A stretch of DNA of 38,969 bases, taken from an uncultured Dehalococcoidales bacterium. GTDB lineage: Bacteria; Chloroflexota; Dehalococcoidia; GIF9; AB-539-J10. Location: contig CAZHQV010000001.1 in assembly GCA_964534285.1 (NCBI GenBank), positions 6,856-45,824 on the forward strand. Reading direction: 5' to 3'. Positions 1-8,546 of the stretch are shown in pieces. The position numbers and the translations under genes were made by a program. How positions within the stretch are numbered: position 1 is the first letter of the stretch; the number at the start of each line of letters is the position of its first letter. The notes beneath the pieces are model-generated. The model did not search any database. It saw nothing but the letters and a program-made list of their open reading frames with translations, and had not been told where the DNA came from.

Positions 1-395
1 CCTGGTTTCGACAGGATAACCATCCTGCCGCTTCAACCGGTATCTGAACAGCCAATCGGCGTTATTCAGCGAGCCAGCGTGTGAATACCGGAGCATCAGG
101 ACTCTGCTCTAGGGGGTAGACACGTCGTTCTACCCCCTTCTTCTGAAAGACAAGAAAGGCCTTTCTTGGCGACGCCCTAGCCAATCGTCGTATTAGCTGA
201 GCGTCCTTCTGCTTGGTGGATTGAGTTCCATTTGCTTGGCACCTCAGGTTCTGTTGCTTCATTGACTCACCGAATCCGCTGGTTGCGCTAGGGCTAAGTC
301 TCGAGTCCGTTGCAAGGGGTGGCGTCTTTCCGACGAGGCACAGTGCTCTACTCGCTTGGCCACCCTATTAGGCCCTGGCTCTTTCAGACCTTTGA
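1..395 (+). ncRNA. Structured non-coding region whose first bases resemble the 5' tRNA-like part of tmRNA (ssrA). It is truncated by the window edge and no canonical T-arm/CCA end was found.
   Basis: Bases 1-15, CCTGGTTTCGACAGG, match the conserved tmRNA 5' motif GG(A/U)UUCGAC(A/G)GG. Nested helices follow at 37-91 (CCGGTAT/ATACCGG enclosing CTGAA/TTCAG and GCC/GGC), which looks like pseudoknot 1. There is a 9-bp hairpin at 112-138 (GGGGGTAGA/TCTACCCCC) and an 18-nt perfect palindrome at 151-168. The only listed ORF (62-262, minus) is not protein-like. Against the call: no GGTTCGAnTCC T-loop anywhere in 230-395. Frame 1 is also open from base 1 to the TGA at 82-84, so this could instead be a protein C-terminus followed by terminators. 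Confidence 0.3.
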
Positions 396-1496
396 CTAAA
401 CCGCTTCCCTTTGAAAAGAGCGCCAATACTTAGCCTGAATCTCTGTCACCCTGGTGAGAATACTCTCCACACGCTGTGCAATCTGATCAGATTCCTGTCT
501 CGTCCCATAGGGGTCATCAAGTTGGAAGTCGTCATATTCAGCCAAGGTCAGAGTGATGGAATAGGAGGAGGTATCTGCTACTTTGAGGTCATAGCCTCCC
601 CCAAGCTCTACCAGCAACTTTCCGCCACAGAGTTCATTTGCCACGTCGCTGATGACCTTGGCTATCTTGGGGTAGCATTGGAGGTCAATACCCATATTGG
701 TCAAGGGGTCCATGAAGTGATTGTCCCCGTTGATGATTGCCAGGATAAGGTCAGGCCGAAATTCGCGAGCTAGCGGGGGAAAAATGTCTTCCAGAGCTGT
801 AAGGTAACTGGGGCAGGTAGTACCCGGGGAAAGTGGCACATTGACATTGTAGCCCTCCCCTTTACCTGTTCCTACCTCTTCAGCATATCCCATAGCACCT
901 GGGTACAGCGTGGCAGGGTCCTGGTGTAGGGAAACATAAAGGACTGAGGAATCATCATAGAAAATGTCCTGGATGCCATTTCCGTGGTGGCAGTCACAGT
1001 CTATGACAAGAGCCTTCTTGATATAACCCTGTCTCTGAAGGGCGCGCAAGGTTATTGCCTCCTGGTTGAAGTAGCAAAAGCCGAAGGTTATCCGCTCGTG
1101 ACGGCGCATGGCATGGTGGCCCCCAAAGGCAATAAGCTGGATGGCGCAGTCGCACTTGCCTTCCATGACAGCCTGAGCTCCATAAAGCAAGCCGCCGGCT
1201 TGGAGGCAGGCCCGTCCGTAGGTGCCACGAGGGAGAGGTGTGTCGCCATCGAGTCTACCCCCAGTCTCACTAATCTTCTTGATCGTATCGAGGAGCGACG
1301 GGTCATGGACTGCAAGAATATCCCCATCGCATACTCTGGCTTCAGGACTGACCACCTCTATCGCCAAGTTGTCCAGGAGGCCGCTAGACCGCAGGCGGTC
1401 AATATAGAGGGTTAACCTCTCTTTGCGCAGTGGGTGTGCAGGCCCGAAATCATGCTCAGCCACTTCTTTCTGAAAGACAATCCAGACGTTCTTCAT
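396..1496 (-). CDS. Histone deacetylase-family (AcuC/acetylpolyamine amidohydrolase-like) Zn-dependent deacetylase
   Basis: 366-aa ORF with the HDAC signature DCDCHHGNGIQDIFYDD plus GGHHA. ATG start preceded by AAGGAG. Confidence 0.85.
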   Translation of the reverse strand: MKNVWIVFQKEVAEHDFGPAHPLRKERLTLYIDRLRSSGLLDNLAIEVVSPEARVCDGDILAVHDPSLLDTIKKISETGGRLDGDTPLPRGTYGRACLQAGGLLYGAQAVMEGKCDCAIQLIAFGGHHAMRRHERITFGFCYFNQEAITLRALQRQGYIKKALVIDCDCHHGNGIQDIFYDDSSVLYVSLHQDPATLYPGAMGYAEEVGTGKGEGYNVNVPLSPGTTCPSYLTALEDIFPPLAREFRPDLILAIINGDNHFMDPLTNMGIDLQCYPKIAKVISDVANELCGGKLLVELGGGYDLKVADTSSYSITLTLAEYDDFQLDDPYGTRQESDQIAQRVESILTRVTEIQAKYWRSFQREAV

Positions 1497-2134
1497 ACTC
1501 CTGCTTCTCCTTGTTTGTTCGCTTCCAAATCGGCCTGACCAGCCGAGTCTGACGCTATCAGCTAGCGCTTGACGAAGCTGACTATCAGTTCACCAGGCTC
1601 TCTTCATTTAGTTGAGTCTCGCCCGCCAGCTGGTCAAGTCAAACCCCTGATCAGGTTTAGGAGCGTTGGTCCCTTTCGAGTCCTCTCAGAACCAGCGCGG
1701 CTGATGCCCATCAGGCAAGGCATACATCCCAGCCGTTATTGTAGCACTTGCACAGGAATTGCCGTATCGGTGATGTAGCAGGGTACAAAGAGTCGCCGCC
1801 CCATTCTTCAAGCTAACTGACCACAAGATAACTCGTTGTCCGAGCAAGCTGAATCTCCCCGTCCTATCTAATCCCGTAGGTTTCGGTCGCGGCATCTCCA
1901 AAGATGGGCAGTTGCGGAGGAAAGAAGGTGAACACGCCAACACCGACCTTTTCATACCCGCTATTGTAGCCATACTTCCCGTGGTGATGGTAAGCATGGC
2001 TGTCTGGCCATGCTCCTGTGATAGCGCCGGCCCAGCTTGTAAGACTGATGTCTGCGGTCAGTCTACAGAAGGTCATTAGACCGCCGCCGCATCATGGCCT
2101 TCAAGGACAAGCCCTGCTGGGACGAAAGAAGGTG

Positions 2135-2509
2135 CTATCGGTTCTGCCTGGAAAGTCGCCAGGCGCTGAGGATTAGTATGCCAGCGACGAGATAAGGCAA
2201 GCCGATTATCGACCAGGCAAGGACATGACTGTGCCCGGCGAAACAGCCTATGTGTAAGCCGAAGCCGATAGAAGTCAGAACCAGAAGTATGCCAGCAGTC
2301 ATATCCCGCCACTAGGATACAGTACAACCAGCCAAGGCAAGTGCTGCAAGTAAGACTAGTGTGACGCTTTCCGTAGTCACTGGTCCCACGCCCTCAGATA
2401 GGGCTGAACCAATCAACATGCCCACAAAGAAAACGGCAGCAATTGTCCCGATGGCACGTGCTGCCCATCTTGATAGTCTGGCTAGACGATAAGGCTCGCG
2501 TTCCAACAT
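2135..2509 (-). pseudogene. Small 4-TM membrane protein frame interrupted by an in-frame TAG at 2312-2314. Alternatively two adjacent 2-TM genes.
   Basis: The listed 65-aa ORF (2312-2509) has two hydrophobic helices. I translated the same frame by hand past the TAG and obtained WRDMTAGILLVLTSIGFGLHIGCFAGHSHVLAWSIIGLPYLVAGILILSAWRLSRQNR, two more TM helices, ending at the TAG at 2135-2137. Confidence 0.4.
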
Positions 2510-2613
2510 CTGTCACATTCCTGCATCAACTGAGAACTTGTCTAGCTCTGCCGATTGTGAGATTTGATGGTATGTTCCCGGTGATTCCTGGGCAATTCGA
2601 CTCTTGTTCGGGA

Positions 2614-3201
2614 TTAGGCATCAGGTGCCACCTGGAATCTTCCTTTGTACTCTGATTTGCTCTCCAAATGCTCGATTTCTTTCAGGCCAGCGTTGGAAAA
2701 AAGGGTCTGTATTTCGCCTACAGGCATGCCGTGGGATTTCTTGATTGGCTCCCTCACAAAGGCGGTGCCATCCTTTTTCAGCAGCCGCGAAAGCGCAGCC
2801 ACGGTATCCTGCCTGTCTATGGGAGCAATATCATGGATGACATGGAAAATGGATATAACATCAAAAGAGTCAGCAGGCATATCTAACGCTCTTATATCAC
2901 CTGCTATGCATTTCACATTAACGTATTTTCTAAGCCTTTTCCGGGCTTTGTTTATCCAGTGATTTGATACATCAATACATATTAAATGTCCATTCCTATT
3001 CAGTAACTGAGCGAGACAGCGAGAACCAGCCCCACCTCCACATCCAAAGTCGAGCACCTTCTCATCTCCCTTCAGCTCGAAAGTCCTATAATACGGACTA
3101 TATAAGAGAGGACCGCCGATAAGGGCCTTGAGTATATCTTCCAGGATAAACAGCGCTGAGGGATTCTCAAAGTCCACTTGCTTGAACTCATGTTCGTTCA
3201 T
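2614..3201 (-). CDS. Class I SAM-dependent methyltransferase
   Basis: 195-aa ORF with motif I, VLDFGCGGGAGS, and a Methyltransf_11/25-like layout. Confidence 0.8.
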   Translation of the reverse strand: MNEHEFKQVDFENPSALFILEDILKALIGGPLLYSPYYRTFELKGDEKVLDFGCGGGAGSRCLAQLLNRNGHLICIDVSNHWINKARKRLRKYVNVKCIAGDIRALDMPADSFDVISIFHVIHDIAPIDRQDTVAALSRLLKKDGTAFVREPIKKSHGMPVGEIQTLFSNAGLKEIEHLESKSEYKGRFQVAPDA

Positions 3202-3606
3202 TGCTACTCACTCCATCATATTGTTAACATCGGGATGCGCGTTACATTATGACAGAAATGGAGATAGTGGCTCCATAGCATGTAAGGCGAAAACCACTGC
3301 TCCCTGGAGGCGCATTCCATTTTTTTCTCAGCATTTTCACGAAAGCTGAGCGCCCCGGGGGCGTAGCGCCTAATTCCAATGAATGACGAGGAATTGCCCA
3401 AATTCATTCGCCGAGCGACAAACCAATACTAAGTGAAGCCTGTCGTGAGTATCGACCGCTTCCTCACGGCAATACCTTTTTGCGGAGCAGCCTAACAATG
3501 GATTGATAGCCACCACCTACGCAATAGTTGTAAACTTAGATGGGAGCATTCTATCCGAAAGTAGAGCTAATCCTCGTAATGAGATGCTGACAGAAGGATT
3601 GTAGCA

Positions 3607-4056
3607 ATGGATACCCTAGCCGAGTCCATGGATTTAGTGGGACACCTATTGGCATCAGAGCGGCTTGCCGTGCTTTCGACGCAGTATGGTGGGCAGCCAT
3701 ACAGCAACCTTATAGCATTTGCCTATACAGATAACCTGAAATATCTAATCTTCGTGACTAGTCGCAACACGCGCAAGTATGGCAATGTGTTGGCAGACAA
3801 AAGAGTGGCGGTTCTGGTTGATAGCAGGAAGCACGATACATCTGATTTTAAAGGTGCGATGGCAATAACGGCTCTAGGCACTGCGGAGGAAGGCACAGGC
3901 AGCGAAAGGGAGGAACTCTTGCGAGTGTACCTTGCCAAACATCCCCATCTGGAAGGCTTCGCGAACAACAGATCTAGTGCCCTCATTAAGATAAGCATAA
4001 GTGACTATATCATTGCACGTTTCGACAGTGTGCGCACTCTGCACATCAGCGATTGA
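3607..4056 (+). CDS. Pyridoxamine 5'-phosphate oxidase-family (FMN-binding split-barrel) protein
   Basis: 149-aa ORF. The N-terminal LAVLSTQYGGQPYSNLIAF and the later RKYGNVLADKRVAVLV are typical of PNPOx-like split-barrel proteins. Confidence 0.7.
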   Translation: MDTLAESMDLVGHLLASERLAVLSTQYGGQPYSNLIAFAYTDNLKYLIFVTSRNTRKYGNVLADKRVAVLVDSRKHDTSDFKGAMAITALGTAEEGTGSEREELLRVYLAKHPHLEGFANNRSSALIKISISDYIIARFDSVRTLHISD

Positions 4057-4080
4057 GGCTTGTCCTGTTGTCGCAGCCAG

Positions 4081-4989
4081 ATGAAAATAGGATACCCATG
4101 TATTAACTGGACCATTGGATGTAAGGGCGACCGTACGTTCCGTCTGAAATCGTACTCCGAAATGCGTCTCATAGATACGGCTGCTAACAACCTCAACTGC
4201 CTGCTCCAGATGCTCAGGTTCAATGTAGACCATGACATCCTGTTCTTCAGAATCACCTCTGACCTTATTCCCTTGGCCTCACACCCTATCTGCCAATTTG
4301 ACTGGCCCACTTACTTCCGAGACAAGTTGGCTGAAATTGGTGCTTATGTCAGGGCACACCATATAAGGATCTCTATGCACCCGGGCCAATTCGCTGTCAT
4401 CAATAGTCCGGTTGATGACGTATTTGAAAACACCATCAAGGAACTGAGGTACCACGTAAAGGTTCTTGATGCCATGGGTCTGGATAGCACGGCCAAAATA
4501 CAGCTCCACGTCGGCGGGGTCTACGGGAATAAAGAAGGGAGTATTTGGCGCTTTGTCCAGCGGTACGATAGCCTTGACGAAGCGATCAAACGCAGGCTCG
4601 TTATTGAAAATGATGACCGAGCCTATACGGTAAGGGATTGTCTCCGCATATACGCTGAGACCGGTGTGCCTATTCTCGTAGACGTTCTCCACCACGAACT
4701 GAATAGCTCTGGAGAAAGCATTGCACAGGCGATCACGCGCCTCAGCAGGACATGGGGAGAAAAAGCCGGCATACTCATGGTTGACTATAGCTCACAAAAG
4801 GGAGGTGGTTCTAGAGGCAGCCATACTGACTCAATTGATCTTGCCCATTTTGAACGTTTTCTCAGAGAGACACAACCAACTGATTTTGACATCATGCTAG
4901 AGATCAAAGACAAGGAAAGAAGCGCGTTTAAGGCAGTGCCAGTGGCCAGGAAGGATCAGCGGTTCTTCACAGGGCTAGAACGGTGTTAG
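4081..4989 (+). CDS. uvsE: UV DNA damage endonuclease (UvdE/UvsE)
   Basis: MKIGYPCIN... N-terminus with a TIM-barrel UVDE-like sequence throughout (HPGQF, IENDD, DVLHH). The ORF track begins at a TTG at 4060. The ATG at 4081 gives the canonical N-terminus. Confidence 0.85.
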   Translation: MKIGYPCINWTIGCKGDRTFRLKSYSEMRLIDTAANNLNCLLQMLRFNVDHDILFFRITSDLIPLASHPICQFDWPTYFRDKLAEIGAYVRAHHIRISMHPGQFAVINSPVDDVFENTIKELRYHVKVLDAMGLDSTAKIQLHVGGVYGNKEGSIWRFVQRYDSLDEAIKRRLVIENDDRAYTVRDCLRIYAETGVPILVDVLHHELNSSGESIAQAITRLSRTWGEKAGILMVDYSSQKGGGSRGSHTDSIDLAHFERFLRETQPTDFDIMLEIKDKERSAFKAVPVARKDQRFFTGLERC

Positions 4990-5273
4990 GCAACCTGCTG
5001 CTCTTATCCACCACGTAGGATTGAAGTCGCCAGCCACCTCCGTGTTTCAAGGATTGATGCCGAAGTATTGTCGCCAGCGTGGATGTGTGTTCCCGTGGCG
5101 GCACACCCCTAATGCGTACCATATCATGGGTTCAGAACTCATACGGCAAGTCGCCCTTGCCCCCAGATATCCAAAAAGATAGCTCCATAGATATCGTAAA
5201 GACATAACTAGCATCAAATAAGTGTGCGAACAGCAGTACTTGATATGGTGGTTCAGCTTGCTTTCTTCAGAGT

Positions 5274-5735
5274 CTAGAGGTATTCTGCCGGTGTTCCCCA
5301 ACGCTCTCTAACATCGTAACGTGGCTCCTTCGCATGGAAATGGACTACTATCGGGGCAGAGTCAAGAGCTGGGTGAGCATCAAAGAAATGTCGATCGCCG
5401 AAACGGAATGCCTCCAAAGCACCAGATAACTCCCTCCTGAATATTGCATCACGTAGCTTGGCCGGACCGAAGACCAGCCCTCCACTAACATGGCAGTGTA
5501 GCGCAAGGATCGGCTCACCCTGGTCTGTCTGCCATTCAGCCAGCACTTCGTCGCGCATCAACCGTGTATACCACCCGGAGACCTGGCGACGGTCGTAGTC
5601 CCTCCCGATTGTCAGGTACAGATCACCCGTCAAATCAGAGTGGGTGAGGGTATAGCGGCGGGGTGTGACCGGGCCATCTTCACCAATCCCTGGTAGGTAC
5701 CGTGTGCGCAGTTTCTCGGGACGGAGACGACTCAA
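5274..5735 (-). CDS. Staygreen (SGR) family protein, a Mg-dechelatase homologue
   Basis: 153-aa ORF with a TTG start preceded by GAGGAA. The sequence RYTLTHSDLTGDLYLTIGRDYD...WYTRLMRDEVLAEW...LHCHVSGG matches the Staygreen domain as I remember it. Confidence 0.7.
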   Translation of the reverse strand: MSRLRPEKLRTRYLPGIGEDGPVTPRRYTLTHSDLTGDLYLTIGRDYDRRQVSGWYTRLMRDEVLAEWQTDQGEPILALHCHVSGGLVFGPAKLRDAIFRRELSGALEAFRFGDRHFFDAHPALDSAPIVVHFHAKEPRYDVRERWGTPAEYL

Positions 5736-5792
5736 TTTGTTCCTCTTCCCTATCTAGAGTTGGACGCTGATACATACGCAACAAGCGCGGGC

Positions 5793-6284
5793 TCAGGGAT
5801 TCAGCACTAGTATAGACCCATTGAGGACCGTTGCGAAACTCACCCAGAGAATATAGGGCACTAGGAGTGCTCCTGCTATTGTAGAAATGCGGAAGAACTT
5901 AATTATCGTTACCAGGATCGCGATCCACAGAGCTATTATCACAATTAAGCCGTACAGGGGAGACTGGAGTCCAAAGAAAGCTATTGACCAAAGGGCATTA
6001 AGAATCAATTGTACCAAGAAGACCATCAGGGCTGTTCTGGTCTGGCGGTTCTCCAGGCCAGTGCGCCATACTAAGAACGCTGATACCGCCATTAGCAGAT
6101 ATAGTGTGATCCAGGCAGGTGCGAATAACCAGTTGGGTGGTGCAAATGGCGGCTTTTGCAGCGTTGCGTACCAGGTTGGAATAGCCCCCATGGTGAAAAT
6201 CGAACCAACGATGCCAGCGCACTGACAGGCGACAATGCTTATTACTAGTCTAACGATGTCCTTTGACCTCTTATTCCCAAGCAT
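5793..6284 (-). CDS. tspO: TspO/MBR tryptophan-rich sensory protein (tetrapyrrole-binding, 5 TM)
   Basis: 163-aa hydrophobic, Trp-rich ORF (PPFAPPNWLFAPAWITLYLLMAVSAFLVW, LILNALWS). ATG preceded by AGGAGAG. Confidence 0.85.
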   Translation of the reverse strand: MLGNKRSKDIVRLVISIVACQCAGIVGSIFTMGAIPTWYATLQKPPFAPPNWLFAPAWITLYLLMAVSAFLVWRTGLENRQTRTALMVFLVQLILNALWSIAFFGLQSPLYGLIVIIALWIAILVTIIKFFRISTIAGALLVPYILWVSFATVLNGSILVLNP

Positions 6285-6372
6285 GTTCGGTCTCTCCTGT
6301 GGTCACCTCATTCCTTTCCGCCACTAGCTGCCGCAGGTCGTCGTTATTACATTCCATTTGGCTCTGAAGTGT

Positions 6373-6495
6373 CTATCCAATTTTCTCCATGTCCTGACCG
6401 CAGCAGACAAGAGTACCGCCACCAACCTTGGTTACTGTCACCTCATTGCCGCACACGTTGCACCTGTACCTCTCGCCGACTTTTTCGACTGCCAT
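6373..6495 (-). CDS. Desulforedoxin (small Cys4 iron protein)
   Basis: The internal ATG at 6495 gives 40 aa, MAVEKVGERYRCNVCGNEVTVTKVGGGTLVCCGQDMEKIG. It has CxxC and the adjacent CC, matching the classic desulforedoxin pattern. A strong SD (AAGGAGG) lies 7 nt upstream. The longer 67-aa listed ORF has a non-protein-like N-terminus. Confidence 0.8.
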   Translation of the reverse strand: MAVEKVGERYRCNVCGNEVTVTKVGGGTLVCCGQDMEKIG

Positions 6496-7182
6496 CTGTT
6501 CACCCTCCTTTTCTCTCCCAGACCGGGAGTTCACTCCGCCCGCTCTCAACACCCGGGCTGCCCCGGATGTCCACAACAGCTCTGCCGCTTCACTATCTTT
6601 ATGAGATTGTTGCGGAAGACCAGATAGAGTTTCCTGTGAACAGGCATGGGGACTGACATATTAGTGAAAAACGCCCTTACACTTGGCATGTTAGCTTGTC
6701 ACCACCCTACTTGAATATACTCTATCTATTGTAGCATCTATGTCTACAATCTGGTACGTTGGAGTGCTTAGCGCTGGAAAGCCGGTCCTTTCTGGCTATG
6801 ATTTCCTGTGCTCAGGCTGTATGCCGGCCAACGAGGTTAATGTCTCCAACTTCCTGTTGATGACTTTGGGTGCCATATCTCTCAATCGTCGCCGTGGTAG
6901 ACTAAGCCTATGTCCATCTCCTTCACCTTCAGGTCCGAAACAGGGAATACTAATATGGGTGGAAATAATGGTGAAGGTGGTTCCGGTAATGGTAACGAGG
7001 CAGCGACTCTCGCAAAGTAGCGAAGCTGCGCAGACTCTAGTTGAACAGGCTGAAAGGCCAGCCCTGCAATGACGCAAGCGACATCGCGATTCCAGAAACT
7101 GGAATCGTTGCACCCGCTGCCGAGACTGCGTGAGGGTCGAAACGCGCTGAGGCTATCTGTGGATGACCCCTCTGCTTATCTC

Positions 7183-7947
7183 TCATTGAAGCAAATCGAG
7201 CACGGTCGTGTGGAGTCTTCCATTAGAGAACAGCAGGTCGCTTGTTTCTGGTTTCCATGGATGGCCGTCGAAATCGGTTACCTTTCCCCCTGCCTCTTGA
7301 ACCAAGAGCACCCCCGGGGCCACATCCCAAGGTTCGATCCTGGTTGTGAAGTAGGCCTCCCCTCTTCCAGCAGCTACCCATGAGGTTTCCAAGCCAGCTG
7401 AGCCAAGTTTCCGTATGTCCATAGCTTTCGGGTAGACCTTGCTCAAGATGCTGCCGGTTCTCATTCTATCCCTCTCCCCACCCTCGCAGTAGAATAGATA
7501 ACTGTGCCCAAGATCGGAAGTCTCAGAAACGTGAATCCTTCTTCGATTGAGATAGGCGCCACCTCCTTTTTCTGCCAAGTAGAATTCCCTGATTGCTGGC
7601 GCGTAGACTGTGCCTAGAATAAGCTCTCCCTTGTGCATCACCGCTATACAAACCGAAAACAGGGGATTTGAATTGGCAAAACCGCTAGTGGCATCGAGGG
7701 AATCCACAATCCAAAGCCAGTTGGGATCCCTCTTCAGCAGACCGCTCTCCTCCGTCAGCAAGCTGTGGTGGGGATACCTCTCCCTGATTTCTTGAACGAT
7801 GAGATCATCTACCATCTTGTCATATTGAGTTATGGCTTCCTTGACTGAATGGCGTTCTTTGAGCAATTGCTCATCTTTTCCGAAATGCGACAGCAGTGTG
7901 TCACCTGCTCGCTTGGCTAACTCCTCGATGAAGTCTATCATTGACAC
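7183..7947 (-). CDS. Inositol monophosphatase / FBPase-family phosphatase
   Basis: 254-aa ORF with LTEESG, WIVDSLDATSGF (the WxxDPIDGT-type motif) and WDVAPG. Confidence 0.85.
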   Translation of the reverse strand: MSMIDFIEELAKRAGDTLLSHFGKDEQLLKERHSVKEAITQYDKMVDDLIVQEIRERYPHHSLLTEESGLLKRDPNWLWIVDSLDATSGFANSNPLFSVCIAVMHKGELILGTVYAPAIREFYLAEKGGGAYLNRRRIHVSETSDLGHSYLFYCEGGERDRMRTGSILSKVYPKAMDIRKLGSAGLETSWVAAGRGEAYFTTRIEPWDVAPGVLLVQEAGGKVTDFDGHPWKPETSDLLFSNGRLHTTVLDLLQ

Positions 7948-8546
7948 ACTCCAATTTCGACAGCATGTTCATCACACGGCAGCCGTACTTCGGCTTGCCA
8001 TGCGATTGCTGAATGCACTATCCTCTTTTCTAGCCTTCTTAGTCGCCCTGATGAGCTTATGGCTTTCCCTTTGCACCCCTGTAGGCCGCTGGGCTGGTTG
8101 GCTCTTATTTTACAGCCTGTGACAACATCAACAAAACATTGCACTGTTACCCTAGCATGTGCAACTGAGGCACTAGTTCCTCATCTGTCTCTGGTATTGT
8201 GCTTTCCCATCGTTGCGGCGCATGATTGGGCGTTCCCAGTATTGGGGAAGAAGATAAACCTCTCGTCCTCTGGTCGGTCGGGGGAGTTCACCAAGATACG
8301 GCCGTCATTGAATGGCTAGAGTCAAATCATGTGCTGCTGTACCCGCCTGCTAATAGGGCCATTGGCGTACTCTCCCCCTCCACAAATACACCGTAATGAG
8401 TAATGGGTTTGAGGTATGATCTAACCTTCAGGCCAAGCTGATTGTTTCCACGGGGTCAAGCAAGAATCGTAGACAATGCCGTGCCTTCAGAGCTACTGAA
8501 GGGCATGACTGACGACGTCACGGACTGGTAGCTATTCATTCTCTTG

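Noticed and set aside
62-262. 66-aa minus-strand ORF in the left-edge region
   Set aside because: It is basic, low-complexity and not protein-like. It overlaps strong hairpins, so the region is better explained as structured RNA or terminators.
1497-2134. Overlapping 69-103-aa ORFs and a long leader upstream of the deacetylase gene, including the 70-aa ORF at 1864-2076
   Set aside because: No recognisable family, and the frames conflict with each other. I could not match the leader to any riboswitch class, so the region is left unannotated.
3441-3480. Hairpin CGTGAG-N13-CTCACG followed by GGCAAT, considered as a third copy of the GTCATTGCGAG repeat
   Set aside because: The stem sequence differs (CGTGAG versus ATTGCG), and only the ...TCCTC.CG.CAAT stretch is similar. 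That is insufficient to call homology.
6774-6788. CTGGAAAGCCGGTCC, which resembles the RNase P RNA P4 motif GGAAAGUCCGGGC
   Set aside because: No matching 3' P4 strand (ACAGAAnCCGGCUUA-like) and no other conserved RNase P regions occur in the right order on either strand.
6955-7020. 21-aa Gly/Asn-rich mini-ORF, MGGNNGEGGSGNGNEAATLAK, with an AGGGAA SD-like sequence upstream
   Set aside because: It is too short and has no adjacent maturation or modification genes. It cannot be distinguished from chance without conservation data.
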